Source of the DNA: Perkinsus olseni
Taxonomy: Eukaryota
Direction: 5' to 3'
DNA length: 52,642 nucleotides
NCBI GenBank assembly: GCA_013115125.1
Contig: JABANN010000032.1
Location: forward strand, 62,001-114,642
The position numbers and the translations under genes are program-made. How positions within the stretch are numbered: the first letter of the stretch is position 1; the number at the start of each line of letters is the position of its first letter. Of this stretch, positions 13,301 to 26,034 are shown piece by piece. The notes beneath the pieces were generated by a model that saw nothing but the letters and a program-made list of their open reading frames with translations, had not been told where the DNA came from and searched no databases.

Positions 13301-15298
13301 GATCCTCCTGAGGTCGTCATCGCGTGCGATGGCTAAGCGACCCTCCCGCGCTGTTAGAAGCTTCCATGGTCGGCGCAGGGATTCAAACTGCAAGAGGGGA
13401 GCAGTTGGCTGGCTGGTGGACTCGAGAAGATATACCGTCCTGAATGTCGTCGGGTTCCTTCCTGAAGTTGAGAGACGCGTCGGCGAAAACCTTCGTCAGT
13501 CGATTGGTAGCAAGCGCTCGCCAATGCATCGAGCTGGTGCCGTCCTCGGGGCCGCCTATCACGGTGATAGTATCACCGAGATACAGATGATCCTATTACT
13601 AGCCAGAGCGGAGGTCGCAGCGGCCTTCAACTCGAAGCCGAGAAAGATGACATTAAGTGCTACAAAGAAATTCCTTCTATCCCGTGAGGGAAGGAACTCG
13701 CTATCATTGATAAAGCGACTTGTAGCCATGAGCTTTCGCTTCTACTCGCACATTGAGCTGCGACGGAGCCACGATGATGAGCGGACCGGGAACAAGGGCC
13801 TTTAGAGTAAGGTTCTCCGCAACGGCATTGGTCAGGTGACATTCGTTCACTGCAGCGCCCACCGACTGGCGTTGGTGGCGAAAACGGTCGCGGATTGCCT
13901 CCAGTCAAGGGTTGAAGCTGTTCTCGATAGTGTGCAAGAGCTCTACGCAATCTTCGCTCGATCCAACAAGAAGTCGGTCATTCTCGAGGCATCACTGAGG
14001 TATGGAGCACGAAAGGGGCTTGTTGGGTGATGCTGGTAAACATCCAAACGCGGGGACTGACTAGGAATGAATCGCCTGGCATATCTCCACCCTGAGGGAG
14101 GTTCATCTAATCGTATTGCGACGCCTGGCGAATCGCGCGTTCACTCCGCCGAAGGCGTGTCCCTTCGCCAAGGCAACTGGAACTCCTCCAGGCATCCTTG
14201 ATGTACGAACAGCTAGCTTGCTATCTTTCACGATCATTAGTAGAACTTACGCAGATTTTATATCTGGGGCTGCGTGATAGGCAGCATCACTACCGGTCCG
14301 TTGTTGAGTTGCACGATTCCTGCAGTAGAAAACCGCTAGGAGCACTGAACGGTCAAGAGCTCTCCTGTGCGGCGCAGTGCACAAATCGCGCTGGGTATTC
14401 GGATGTGTGTCAAGTGAGGTCTGAGCGATAACTTTTCGCTGATGAGCGACACCAGTCTTGCATCGCTACTTCCACCCAGCGCGTGTGACGGCGAGGAATG
14501 CCCTAACTCTTAATGGTAGAGAGCGGGGCCGGGCAGTGCAGCTGGCACCGCACTGTGCAAGGGAGGCACTTCCGCAGTGGCGTGTAGCTTGTCGAGGCTC
14601 TCATTCCTCAGGAAATGGCTACTCCGGGTCGCTCAAGCAGAAGCTGACGTCGGGTGCACTCGTTCTTCCCGTACGACAGGAAATTCAAGGCGTAGCGAGC
14701 CCTCTCCACGAGCACTTCTATGCTGGTCTCCAAGATAAAAAACACGTCCTCTTGGTTGAGTGCGACGAAGATGCCTGCGACGTAGATAAGAAAGTGAGTT
14801 TGTTAGCAGTCTCGTAACGCGCGGATTCATTAGCCGATTTTTTGTCCAGAGGTTCTCGACCTGATCATTCTCCCCGATGCTCATCTGCACTCTCCAGAAG
14901 AGATTTACGGGAGCCCTGAGAAGAGTCTCTTCTCATGGCTCCTGTAAATCAGCTCATTACTCGATTCCATCTCTCTGGAGCCTCATGATCGAGAGTCCGT
15001 AATTCTTCCTTGTCCGGCTTAGGTGCAGTTCGCTTTAGCCAACGACGCCGAAGCGCGCCAGACGGTTGAACACGCAAACTCGTATATGGCGAGGTTCGAC
15101 CACTACTCCCTGTGCTACACTTGGAGGCTCTTACAGCTTTACAGCGACCTCTTGCGGTACCCTCTCGAGGACGAGCCTCGGAACACAAACCCCACAGTTC
15201 GGGTTCACCGGTACGCGCCACAGCATCTGCCGACCAGGGCAGAGGAAGAGGCTTGGCGTGAAGCATGTTTACAGGATATGGATAATCATTCAGTCTGA
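10334..15298 (+). CDS. Glycosyltransferase family 90 (CAP10 / POGLUT-KDELC-like), multi-exon
   Basis: Motifs LPDLELALNHGDLP, PLFS...DILFP, WQDRAPKATWRG. RYLLDIP(G) (donor at 12812) splices to (G)NGYSGSLKQKLTSGALVL...HEHFYAGLQDKKHVLLV (acceptor at 14611). Last exon FALANDAEARQTVEHANSY...YTWRLLQLYS, stop at 15298. Start uncertain. Confidence 0.85.
12895..12962. repeat. Long double-foldback scar, X=GTTCTACC
   Basis: 23-bp arms (one mismatch) around a single G at 12918, filler TTACTGA, then GTAGAA-C-TTCTACC. Confidence 0.8.
13092..13113. repeat. 22-nt scar, X=CCCGAATC (1 mismatch)
   Basis: CCGGAAT GATTCGGG CCGAATC. Confidence 0.55.
13200..14100 (+). pseudogene. Degenerate hAT-superfamily transposase remnant inside the GT90 intron
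   Basis: LSCDGATMMSG (about 13753-13785, catalytic DGA..M.G motif), then after a frameshift and stop TFVHCSAHRLALVAKTV...VQELYAIFARSNKK (hAT CxxH signature). Lies inside intron 12812-14611. Confidence 0.75.
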
Positions 15299-15358
15299 TT
15301 GTTTCCATCTTGTGTGTCTTCGCGTTCAAGTTGAAGGACTCACCGTCTGGCTCGACTC

Positions 15359-15915
15359 ATGGGCAATATGCGTGGCTCACTGTCCTTGGAAACGCCCACG
15401 GAATTTCTGATAAGAGCTTTGTGCTGCTCTCATTGCATCTGTTCTATGATGAGGACGTTTTCCCCGACCTAACTGCTATCAGCCTCACGGTGTATGTCAA
15501 CGAAAACGACTCTGAAATTGAGGTCAGAACCCGGCTCCCCCCAACACCGAGCATGCAAGACCTGTACCATAAGGCGCAGGACTCCCTCGGCTTGGGCGTG
15601 TCCATTGAGCGCGCATTCCTCGGTTGCAGGGTAGAGGTGTCAGACATGAACCTCATAGACTTCAGACTTCAGACCTCTATCGGCAAATCTCGAAATCTCG
15701 AAACATTGCCAACTCCGTCCTTTAGGTAACTCTTGGGGAAGGCGGCTATGGCGAGGTCGCGAAGGCTGTTGATGCCACAACGAGTGAGGAGTTTGCCATG
15801 AAGTTGTTGGAGAAGTCCACCATCAAAAGCTTCGAGGATATCCAGCGAGTGTACACTGAAATCCACACGCTGAGAGGTCTTCGGCACACGAATGTCATCC
15901 GCATGTTTGATGTGG
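15359..15915 (+). pseudogene. Ser/Thr protein kinase (CAMK/SNF1-like), N-lobe only
   Basis: Exon from 15726: VTLGEGGYGEVAKAVDATTSEEFAMKLLEK...IQRVYTEIHTLRGLRHTNVIRMFDV (subdomains I-IV). No HRD/DFG/APE found downstream before the convergent minus-strand gene. Confidence 0.65.
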
Positions 15916-16072
15916 CCCTAGAGCTGTCAACTCGGGCTGAGACGGGTATTCTGCATAAGAAAGAGCTGGGTGGCGCTTGGCCTACCTCTGTCGTGGATTG
16001 ATTCTACTTATGACAGTCTCTGGGTTTACTCGATGCTCAGGCGACCACGGACCCGTGGCTGAGTCGAGGGCG

Positions 16073-18230
16073 TTATGCCCAGAGCAGCACCATCTCAGGT
16101 GGTATTGCCAGGGCGCATTCCGTTTCAGATTGTGAACTCAGAAGCGTCTGACGCTCGCGCGACGATTCGGGAGATGAACACACGCAAAAATCGGAAGCAG
16201 CCGTTCTCAGAGAGATCTGAATCAGATCTCTGAGAGCATAATTATGGCTGCTCCCGACGGTGCCATCATCACACTGATCCTCGAATCCAGCGCCGTTCTG
16301 CAGTCCCCGAGACCCACAGACTCGATATAAACGCGACAAGGCGGTCCCATGCACGAACAACAACTGTGACACACCAACAAACGCCTCTTTCTCTCAATGC
16401 ATGTTCGCATCATCACTACTCTTCCCTCAGTCTAGCCGAGCTTCTCTCGGAGCTCTCTCTTCCTTCTTGAGCCCCTCCTCCATACAGTGCGGGAGATCCA
16501 GATCTCTCCGCTCTATACCCGCAGCAGCGGTGAGCCTCTCTCAACCGTCACTATTTACCTTCGAGGCGCTTCTAGCGTTCAACCATCAGTCGCTTTATCC
16601 CTATTGATCTTCTCGAGCATGCCCTTGAGTCTCAACCACAGAGCGGCGCCAGACGTAGTCGGTGGCTCTGCCTCCTCTACTGGAGTCTCGAGCTCTCCAT
16701 TCTTCACTAGCTCCTCTTCAAAATCAACCGCACTACTCTGCGAATCAACCGCGGCGGCCACGGCTGGCTTCGCTTCTACCCTTGGCTGACTATCATCCGT
16801 TGTTTCACGATGCTTGAACTTTTCTAACGCCAATTCTATCTCCGTACTGATGATCAGGCTCATCCTCGCGAGCAAGGTGGAGTCCCTTTCTAGGGCCTCT
16901 GGTTCATTCTCCGACGCTGGTAGCCTCGCGCGTTGTGTCTCCCCGCACTCGCCGCCATCAGTCGCCAGTTCTGTTTGAGCTGCATACCCTTCAGTAATGA
17001 CCTCACCGGTGCGAGATGTGGCAACTATACTCTTCGCTGACTGCGGCTCCTCGCCGGATGCGCGCACATACTTACCACTATTCCTGAGGGGAGCACCCGA
17101 GACGCCAGCCTCCTCGCCGTATGGCTTCCCTTGAGGCCCACTGCTTTCCAGCCTAGAACTCACGCCGTTCGAGAGGGCCGCGAAGGGTTCATGCTTTCCC
17201 CACCTCGCTTCCAGGCTCCCGGAAAGCCACTGGCTCGGCTCCTGCTGTATCGCGGAGTCTCGCGCCCTGGATGATTCGACCTCATCCTGAGCTGTGGACT
17301 TTCCCTGCTCTCCTGAATCGTTACCACGGTCCCGGAAGTAGTCAAGAATCCTGTCAAATACATCGCTATTTCCAACCGTTGTTTCACCGTTGCTAGTCGA
17401 GTCAGGTCGCTCTTCCTCACCCTCGACGTCACAATCCAATACCGATGCCTTCAAAGCATTTTTTGCGTTCGCGACAACTCCTCCCTGTGAATCCTGCACG
17501 AGTTCTTGCGAGCTCGCCAGGTTGTTTTGAGAACCCCCTCGAGCGTTCATCGAGTCCTCTTGTCGCTGTACTTCTCTCACGTGAGCTATCCACTCAGTAG
17601 CAGCGATGTGCTCGCCGCTGGTGGGTTCTACGGGTGTCTCGACTGACTCATTCCCATCGTCATCCTCTAAATCTCGGTAGACGTTTTCACCTCTCACCGG
17701 AGCAGGTAGGGCCCTCTCGGCCACCCTGGATGAGAAAGAATTCTCCGCGCTAAGCCCTTTAAGAGAGTCTATGCTCCTAAGCCGCTCGTTGATGCCAGTT
17801 TGACCGAGGCTTCCGAAGGGAAGGGAACTTGTGCGATACAAGCCGACTGTTGGTGACTGGTCATCAGAGGTCGTCTGACACCCGACAGACTCTGTCTTCC
17901 GGGCTGTGAACCTGAGCGTGAGCGCTTTGTAACGGTGGAAGGCGACTGAGAGGAGCGGAGACCCATTGAGCGCCTCGAGGAAGGGAGAAGCGATGAATCG
18001 AAAGCGATGACACATCTTCCGCAGTGGAGGGATGAACGCACTTACGCTTCGTCAACAGCTACTGCTCCCGACAGAATCGTCTGCGAGCCCACAGTTGTCA
18101 TTAAAGGCGGCCGACAAGTTTCGCGAGCGGTGATTCTATTTTTGGGCGAGCGCGGTTTGTCCGCAAAGTTCGCTGAAACCAGTGGGAAGGACGCTCTCCT
18201 CTCTGGAGGAAGCATCGTCATCTGCCTGCA
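16073..18230 (-). CDS. Uncharacterised acidic low-complexity protein with C-terminal coiled coil, multi-exon
   Basis: 478-aa open stretch 16579-18015 with biased composition, plus flanking exons. No recognisable domain; limits approximate. Confidence 0.55.
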
Positions 18231-18529
18231 GGCTTGTTAATGATGGGGTGGGAGCGAGGAGGGTGGAAGAGCGTGTTACACTCCATTTGAAGCAAGTAGA
18301 CCGAATATTAGCAGCTTCCCGAATTTTCAAAACGACGTGAGATGATTTGGGGAATGTACGGTATGAGAAGACCTCGATCAATCGTGTCCTCAACCAGAGA
18401 GCATTCATCGCTGCTCGCGGCGTTTTCTCCAAAGGGGGGCAGGCTGGTGGATTCCGTTCCGAACCAGGGTGGATCTGAACCGCCTTCTTCAGTGGTATTT
18501 TTATTCCCTCTCGTCGGTGGTTGTTGAAC

Positions 18530-19630
18530 ATGCAGATTCTAGCTTGCATCCTATACAAGTATGAACCGGACAAGGCCACGGAGGTGGCGACATTCTATGA
18601 CCTTCACAAAATATCGTAATACGGGGTGGTTGGGAGGGCTTCCATGGGGAGGGCTCTAAGGCGGCCCACAGATACTTCCAGCGGAAGACTGTGAAAGAGT
18701 TCATCAAGTTTCACGCCCGAGCTATCGTCTCTCGAACTGCCAAGGGGCAGAGGCAGAGCGTTCAGTTCGAGCAGAACATCGGCAAGTGTCATGTGTAGGT
18801 GTTGGTGCTGAAGCACTGGTTAATTGCAGCTGATGTGCTCAGGTATGTCGCGCCCGACGGACTAGGAGCTGCCTGCCTCACGGACGGCGAGTATCCTATG
18901 CGCGTTGCTTTCGCGTTCATCAGTGAGGTAGTAGGGTATCGCCGTATGTTGGGTATCGTAAGCCATGTTAAGCATACTACGCAGTGCCATGGTGGCACTG
19001 CCATCCTGAGTAACAACTTTCATTGACGGGAAAACGCGGTTACAACGGTATTTCCATGCGGCGATCGTCTGTCGCCTTCCTGGCGTACCTCTCATCTCAT
19101 TTGCTCTTCTCATTTCGGATGGCCGCCTCAGTGAGTTGGAAAAGGAAAGATGTGTTTTCGCTTCAGTTGATGCGAGGGTTCGAGACGAAGCATCCTGTAT
19201 CGGAGTGGACAAATGTTAGAAAGGACACCAAGTGATACTATGGGCGATTGCGCTTCTGTTGTGACTATTTGCTATGATCTTAGCATCGACTATCCTGAGG
19301 GTGATGAGCTGATGGAGAAGTTCCAAGACCCAAGCCAGGCTGATAAAATCGCCCAGATTCAGAAGGAGCTGGATGATGTTAAGGGCGTCGTCATTAAAAG
19401 TACTAGTGATCAACTTTTCGATAACCGACAAGAACGTTTCCGTGCTCTGCAGGCATGGATGACATTTTGCGAAGGGGCGAAACACTCGACAGTCTGATGC
19501 AGAAGTCGAATGACCTCAGCAATACATCGTAATAGCTCGGGGCCATCAGAACGTCGTCGAGGATGCTGTTTCTAGATACCAATTCTACCGTACTGCCAAG
19601 AAGAACAATCAGTGCTGCAAATATTACTAA
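18530..19630 (+). CDS. YKT6: Longin R-SNARE Ykt6
   Basis: Exons MQILACILYK / YFQRKTVKEFIKFHARAIVSRTAKGQRQSV...KCHV / YVAPDGLGAACLTDGEYPMRVAF / KFQDPSQADKIAQIQKELDDVK / MDDILRRGETLDSLMQKSNDLS / YQFYRTAKKNNQCCKYY*. C-terminal CC lipidation motif and no transmembrane helix. Confidence 0.93.
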
Positions 19631-19944
19631 GTCATTGTCATCTTGTATAACTACAAACATCCCTTCGGGCAGCGTCATCAACTAGGAGGTTGCGTTAGTG
19701 ACAAGTTGCATGCCGTGCTCCTCTGGTACGGTGGGGCTCTAACTTTGTATAATGTTAGCATCCTGAAGGGCGAAGGTTCCATTCCCATGAAGAGCATCCA
19801 TCGAGACCTCGTGGAGTTTATGCTATGCAGGCCCGTTTCCATCGGCAGCGTAGCGGATTCCACAGGCCATCAGTGGCTTCCCCACGGAGACTTTGAACAC
19901 AAAGAAGCGAGAAATTGGATGAAACCATGCTGTTTGGTTGCTAG

Positions 19945-21196
19945 TCATGATCCAGGACTGCGGCCGATACTCGACTGCCGTCCCTCAGGGGAAGGAGGGA
20001 AGGACCAAATATCCCAGAACCCCGATGGAGTATTTGTGGGTGGTTTGTAGTAACGATGTCGACTAGCTGCATTAACGACCTCGCTAGATCCGTGAGTGCA
20101 TGCGTTACCTGCTGGAAAAGTCGGGCAGAAAAAATCGTCAAAGTGGCTACTCTTGGGATCGAACCCTGCTGCTGAGTAGAAAGCAGTACACTCTGGGCAT
20201 GCAAAGCCATCCAACTGTTGCCGTGCATCTCGACCACGCACCTGAGGGGAAACGGTCGTGGCCGTGGAGAGGGGGAGAATTCTCACCACCGCACGTTCGT
20301 TCGGCCGTTCCTCTGGCCTGACCGGGCTTGGCACTGTGGCACGGTGAGTGTTTACCACTTCCTTCTGCGGCGGAACATTCTGGTCGATCGGCTCAAGCGG
20401 CTGGGGAGAGTCATACCAGCGCACGGTGATCGGCGACCTACTGGTCTTGCGGCACTCTCCGGACGCTCGATGGGAATCTTAGGTCGCTTCGGTGGCCGCT
20501 GGATGCTGACCGACAAGTTTGTCGCGATAGTTGAATACCGGAACTCACTCAGAACGCCTAGGAGAACTTGCAACTTCAACAACCTCGGCATCGACGTCGA
20601 AAACCAACGGCCGTGCGGGCGTGTGCGGACTCAGGGTTGACGCGCACGACTCTCTGGGACCGAAAGTACCATCGAAGTGAAGAGTCGTCACATACCTGTT
20701 TTCCTGTTGGTCGAGTCCCTTGCCAGCCTCGCTAGAATCACCATCGCGGGACCGCTTAGTGTAAGGACGCAAAGGAGTTAGCTCCACCTTCTGGCCGGCG
20801 GACGGCAGAGCTGGCGAGACGTCTCCAGTCGGGCTGTCCTCTGAAGGATCATATGGGAAGTGATTCCCTCACAGCAAGTCCCTGAGCACCCAAGAGCTCC
20901 TTATATGAAGGCAGTCGATTCTCAGTCGCCGTCGGCTGTGGCCTCCTAGCCAGAGACCCTCGACTAGCTGCACTGCCCATACCAGGCAATGCCAACTGAG
21001 CCGCAATGTTAGCAAGGCAAGAACCGACCACAGGCAGGCGTACCTTCATAGTGTCCTTTTTGTCTTCCTGGGCCTTTCGAGCAAGATCGGCTATGAGCTT
21101 GTCCTGCTGCTCGGCGAGTCTGACGATCTCCTGTATCCTCTCGTCAATGTAGGAATGCAAATCCTCAGCTAACCGCGTCGCTAATGTCGCCAACAT
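19945..21196 (-). CDS. CtIP/Ctp1/Sae2/COM1-family DNA end-resection factor
   Basis: C-terminal SAE2 domain VRGRDARQQLDGFACPECTAFY...SRHRYYKPPTNTPSGFWDIWSF (CxxC, RHR and TPxGFW motifs). N-terminal coiled coil LAEDLHSYIDERIQEIVRLAEQQDKLIADL. Confidence 0.85.
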
Positions 21197-21275
21197 GCCT
21201 CTCCGTCGTCCAAGCTAACTGCGCCGGATGGCCGAGGAAGCAACACAACAGACAGAAGCCAGAGGGCCAACCTCA

Positions 21276-24200
21276 TCATGCAGGGTTCACAAGCAGACTT
21301 GTCAAGTGGGACGAGAAGACTGAGTGATCAGCACAGCCGGTCGAGCCGGAGCACCAACAAACGTTGAGTCTAAGCGGTTCGAAATCAAACTCGTGAAACC
21401 AGTTGAGTGCAAAGAGACGGCTGGTCGTACCGTCACCAGTAGTGCCAACGATCCCTCCAGGCTCGGTCCTCAGTCGGGCCGTCTCGACCAGACGGTCACT
21501 GTGGACATCACTGCCCGATTGACCACATACGGCAGGAGTCAGTCTCACTCGGTCGGACTCCGCTAGGCCAGTGCCGAGGATCTCTAGGGAGAACACCTCC
21601 TGCTCTATGAGCACTCTCGTGTCCATCTTGGTCTTGAGATCGACGATGCTGATGTTAGAGGCACCAGCTACCGCGACCCGGGCCACCGCTGTCCCGTTGA
21701 GACTGGAATGATTACCCCAGCAGATGGTATAAATACCACCCATAGTGATCGTGACGCCTTGCCACGTTCTTGATTCGGGCAACGAGCCAGGGACGCTGAG
21801 GCCCCCCTCGACAGAGGTGTTCATCGGTCCAGAAACGTAGCGGCTTATGAAACTGCCGTTTCGGGTCGCGCAGTTGCTAGCAGAATCATCAAAGTAAATA
21901 GTAGACCACTGGTCCTGGTCGATGGAGCTGACCTCGAGGTCGAACTGACGAGTGGACATTACGTCAAGCTCATGCCCGGTACCATTGAGGACGCCACTCA
22001 CTACCAGGTTACCGAGCTTGGAGACGAAGTCCGTCTTATTCTGGCAGGGACCTCCGCCGCCGAAGGCGCCTACACAGTAACAGAGGACATGTTGGTTCGG
22101 ATGGGCCAGCAGGTGCGCCCCAATAGTTGCCCGCAAATCAGCGTCAACCTCGATGACGAAATCTTCGCTGTGCGCGGTGTTGGATCCGCATGCATCATTG
22201 GGGTGAATGACCATGATCTTATCTCCAACAGCAAGATACGTTCCTTGGATTGGACCAAGAAGGCAATCGATGTTCTGGGCACAGACGACGAGCGCGTCGT
22301 CCTGGGCCGGACCCGAGACGTTGAAGCTCCCGAGGTAGGTGTCGAAGAAGCCAGAAGCCAAGCAAGGGTCTCCAGTAGCGTTATCCACGCTACTACCACC
22401 GCCACAGTAGCATACGCTGTAGAGCCCTCCTGTGGCCAGGGCGACAGGCCATCGTAGAAAAGATGGACCGGGACCTCCCGAGAGCTGTGGCGAGGCTGCT
22501 AGCGGGCCTTGGAGGAGGGCCGAATGAGACGAGTTCGCACCGAGTGCTGAACAGGCTGCTGACCCACCGCGGACCACTCTAATACGGGCATTCGAGTCCA
22601 ACTGGTAGCCACTGACCGTTAAGTTGCGCATAACGCCAGCAGGGAATCGTCCGATGTCGGTCCCTAGAGGGCTAGGGCCGTGGACGTTGATTCGAGCGAC
22701 TTCAGTGGCGAACAACGCAGGTTGATCGCATTCACCAGTCCCACCAGCGCACCAGCAAATGACGTACGAGCCGCCATAGAGGAACTCTATCGGTCCCCAG
22801 GGCTGAGTTGAGTTGCTGCGACCCTCAGGAGAGGAGACGTTCGGGGTTCGGACGAAGCTCGAAGATTCACTGGCGGCCCCGCAAGTAGTGTCCCGGCCGA
22901 AGAGTATGACAATGCGGTCAGCTACAGTGAGATTATAGCCATCCAAAACGACAGTGATGTTTCTACCAACGAGAAGCCTGTCATCGCTCAAGTCCTCGTC
23001 GAAGACTCTGGTCTGCTGGGGACCGATGACCCGGACCGTTCTAGGGACTTTGAAGTAAGGGTCAGCACAGCCCCCTGTGTGATTGAAGCACCAACATACG
23101 TCAAACGGCCCTCCACTATTCAGAGACAAATTGTAACTGCTGAAATTAACGTTAGACTGCTCGTTGATGATAGGGCGAAGGGACTCAACGGCGTCGCTTC
23201 GGATGCATATCCCGCACGCAGCGCCTTGCGGGACGATGGCGATGGCGTCATCGGCTGCTCTCAGGCCCAGGCCCTCGAGCGCTAGTATCAAGCTCGAACC
23301 TGCGAAGCCGAGGCCAGAGCCGTTGACAGATGATAAAGACATCGTGGATGGCCCGACCATCGAGACTGATCCGGCCGAAGCAATACCACAGGAGCCCAGA
23401 GGGCAGTAGCAGATCGAGTAAACACCACCACCATGAGCATTGGATGCCTCCGGACCAACGATGGCGGCGTACTGGCCTGCGCGTGTGATCGGCTCGAGCA
23501 GGGTGTGGTGAGCATTGGACGCTTCTGTAGGGGAGCAGCCGTGAGGTGACAGGTAGACGGTGTCGTTGGTCCCCCAGGAGTAGACTGGCTCTCCGTAAAG
23601 GTTACAGGGAATGCCAGCAACACAGGAGAACTCGAGATCTGAGGTTGTCGGCCCGGACACCTCAATGACACCTTCAATGGCAACGGGACAACAGTAGTCG
23701 GGGCTATGACCCCAAAAAAGCCGGAATCTGCCGCCACGCAAAGGAGTCACATTCTCGAACGGGTAACCGTCCGCAAGATTGAGGAAGTCTGCTGTGGCGA
23801 TCGTACCATCGACATCGTCAAAAGCTTGAAGCTGCGACTGTGGGAACAACTGTAGCTGCGTGCTCACTAGAGACAGGTTGACCATAACCCCCGCGAGCAG
23901 GTGCTGGGTATTCGAGTGCACCGCTCGAGGCCCTCTCATGGTCAGGTCCCCAATGGCCTCGCTGAACTTCGTGTCGTCGTTGATACATCCTGTCCCACCG
24001 TGCATCTCAGGACAGTAGCAGAGGGCGTAGTCGCCACCGGGGACCGATGAGCCAGCAGGGAGGCGTCCGACCAAGTCGGGGTCGATGAAGAACTTGACCG
24101 AGAGATGAGCCCGGCCGCAAAGTCGGGCTGTGGCGTTGTCTGGGTTGGGCAGAAGTCCAACCATATCGCCTTCACTGTAGCGGTAGCCGACCACTACGTT

Positions 24201-26034
24201 GCACTCAGCTCCGGCCGTGCAAGTCACCTGGAGCAGCGGCCCTGCAGGGAACTTGATGATCGTCAAGTCCTGCACTTTGAAAGAAAAGTCTTGGGGCATC
24301 GAGCAGGCATACCCTGCAGACTGGACTGTGGCGCAGTAACACACCGCCCAAGTTGTGACGTTACCACCTGCCGCTGTGACAACAGGACTTCCCGGGTGGA
24401 GCTGAGCCCGGCCAAATCGGCCGACGGTAATAATCTCGGAGACTGTAGAGAAGGTCAAGTTACTAGGTCCAGGGCACGACGAACCAGGCGTGAGGAGGAC
24501 GCGGTCGGTCCGGCTGAGGCCGAGGCCCCCGAAGGGACCCAGCACGCAGGAGACAGAGTCGAGAGAGCAGACCACTGGGCCTTGCTCAGCAGGGCCACGA
24601 ATCTCGAGTACACCGATGTCTTGAAGGAAGTCAGCGTCTGCGTCACAGGCTGTGACGTTAGCTCGACAGTAACACTGCTTGTACTTCCCCCGAGCCCGTG
24701 CAGGTCCCCAGTTAACGGTCCCCTCATCTCGCCCTGTAGAGACGGTGATGCTACTGCGAGGTAGAGCCAGCGCTGGCGATGTGCCACACTGGGCGTCCAG
24801 GGAGATCAGCTGGACCCTGTCAAGAGGACTTAGACCGACACCTTGCAGTGTTGTTGAGCAATTGGTAGCAACGCTCTGGGCACAGCGATGCTTGTTCCAC
24901 TCGAGAGACTCGGCAGTGACGGAAATGCTGTTGTCGCTGCCTATGATGGACAAGATAGTGTTATTGGAAATGAGGGCCTCCTGCAGACGACGAGATGCCA
25001 GGGCCTGGCCGATGGGTGGATGGAGGTCGAGCTCAGCGGCGATAGGGTCAGCAGCTACACCTGTTAGGTGGAGGACTATTTCGAGATCATCTTCGGGAGA
25101 ACCGATCCCTATCCGATCCAGAGTAATCGAGTTGATGCTGGACAGCCCTTGAAGGGAAGCAGTGGCGGCAGACCCTAGGAGTTGAGCGAAATGTGGTATC
25201 AAGCCTTCTGTAATGTTGTTGGCTAACCCAATGGCCAGACTGTACGAGAATGGTACGGGTGATTTGGTGGCGACCCCCTCGACGACCAAGGTACCAACCA
25301 ATGCACTGTACTTGTCCAGACGGCTGGTACAGAGGTCACCCGCGCAGTAGCATGCACAGAATATTCCTGCAGATTCAAGAGAGCCAGCTGGGATGGTGAG
25401 CGTCGGTAGAGCGGTGACAGTCAGAGGCAGGCCTTGGTGCACAGCCCTAGATGTAGGGGACTGTGAGCAATTGTAGCCGGAGTTGGGCGCATTGCACTGA
25501 GTAGAATCCTCAACTTGAACGAAACGTACTGCGTCTCGACCGGCTTGAAGGCCATAGGAGGAATTGACATGAATGTAGCAGTCTCGAGATGCAACGCAAG
25601 TGACGGTCGGTGGAGCTGCCAAGTTCGGACCTGTGGAGCGTAGCGGTCCAGAGATTCGAGAAGGGCGTGATAACCTCACCTATCAGAGAGAGATTGCCAA
25701 CGTTGGTGGAGCCGATGCAAAGGTTCAGAACGTATTCGGTGCTGTGGAAGCTTGAGCCGAGATCGTAGCCTAGCCAAGTCGCAGTCACGTTGGTCGGCGA
25801 GACTGTGGTGGAGGCAAAGCCGCTCTCAGCGATGCTGGCTGCAGAAGCAGTGGCACACGAGTCGTTCGAAACCGTGGTTAGGAAGAGTTGATCGCTCGAA
25901 GTTCCACCAGTGGCCGGGATGGACACGAAGCACGACGAGTAGCGGACGCAGGAATACTCCCGGGGCTCGACAGCAAGGCTCGCCTCACACAGGCTCACCG
26001 ACACGAAGCCCAGCAGGAAGGCGATTGGATGCAT
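21276..26034 (-). CDS. Large secreted cysteine-repeat protein (about 1570 aa, about 12 repeats of roughly 110 aa)
   Basis: Signal peptide MHPIAFLLGFVSVSLCEA and one 49-nt intron (25631-25679). Repeated unit GL...D(R/K)(V/I)...CG...G.Y.(V/I)C(Y/W)C...(V/I).GP. No C-terminal TM segment seen. Confidence 0.8.

Noticed and set aside
14917-14935. Palindrome TGAGAAGAG-T-CTCTTCTCA in a GT90 intron
   Set aside because: It has a 1-nt centre but no adjacent second TSD remnant, so it cannot be assigned to the scar class.
21324-25152. Many plus-strand ORFs opposite the Cys-repeat gene (and minus-strand ORFs opposite the dipeptidase)
   Set aside because: Antisense shadows of long coding sequences.
25751-25766. 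Partial match to the reverse complement of the perkinsid/dinoflagellate spliced leader (CTTGAGCC.AGAT)
   Set aside because: Short, mismatched and inside a coding exon (GYDLGSS).
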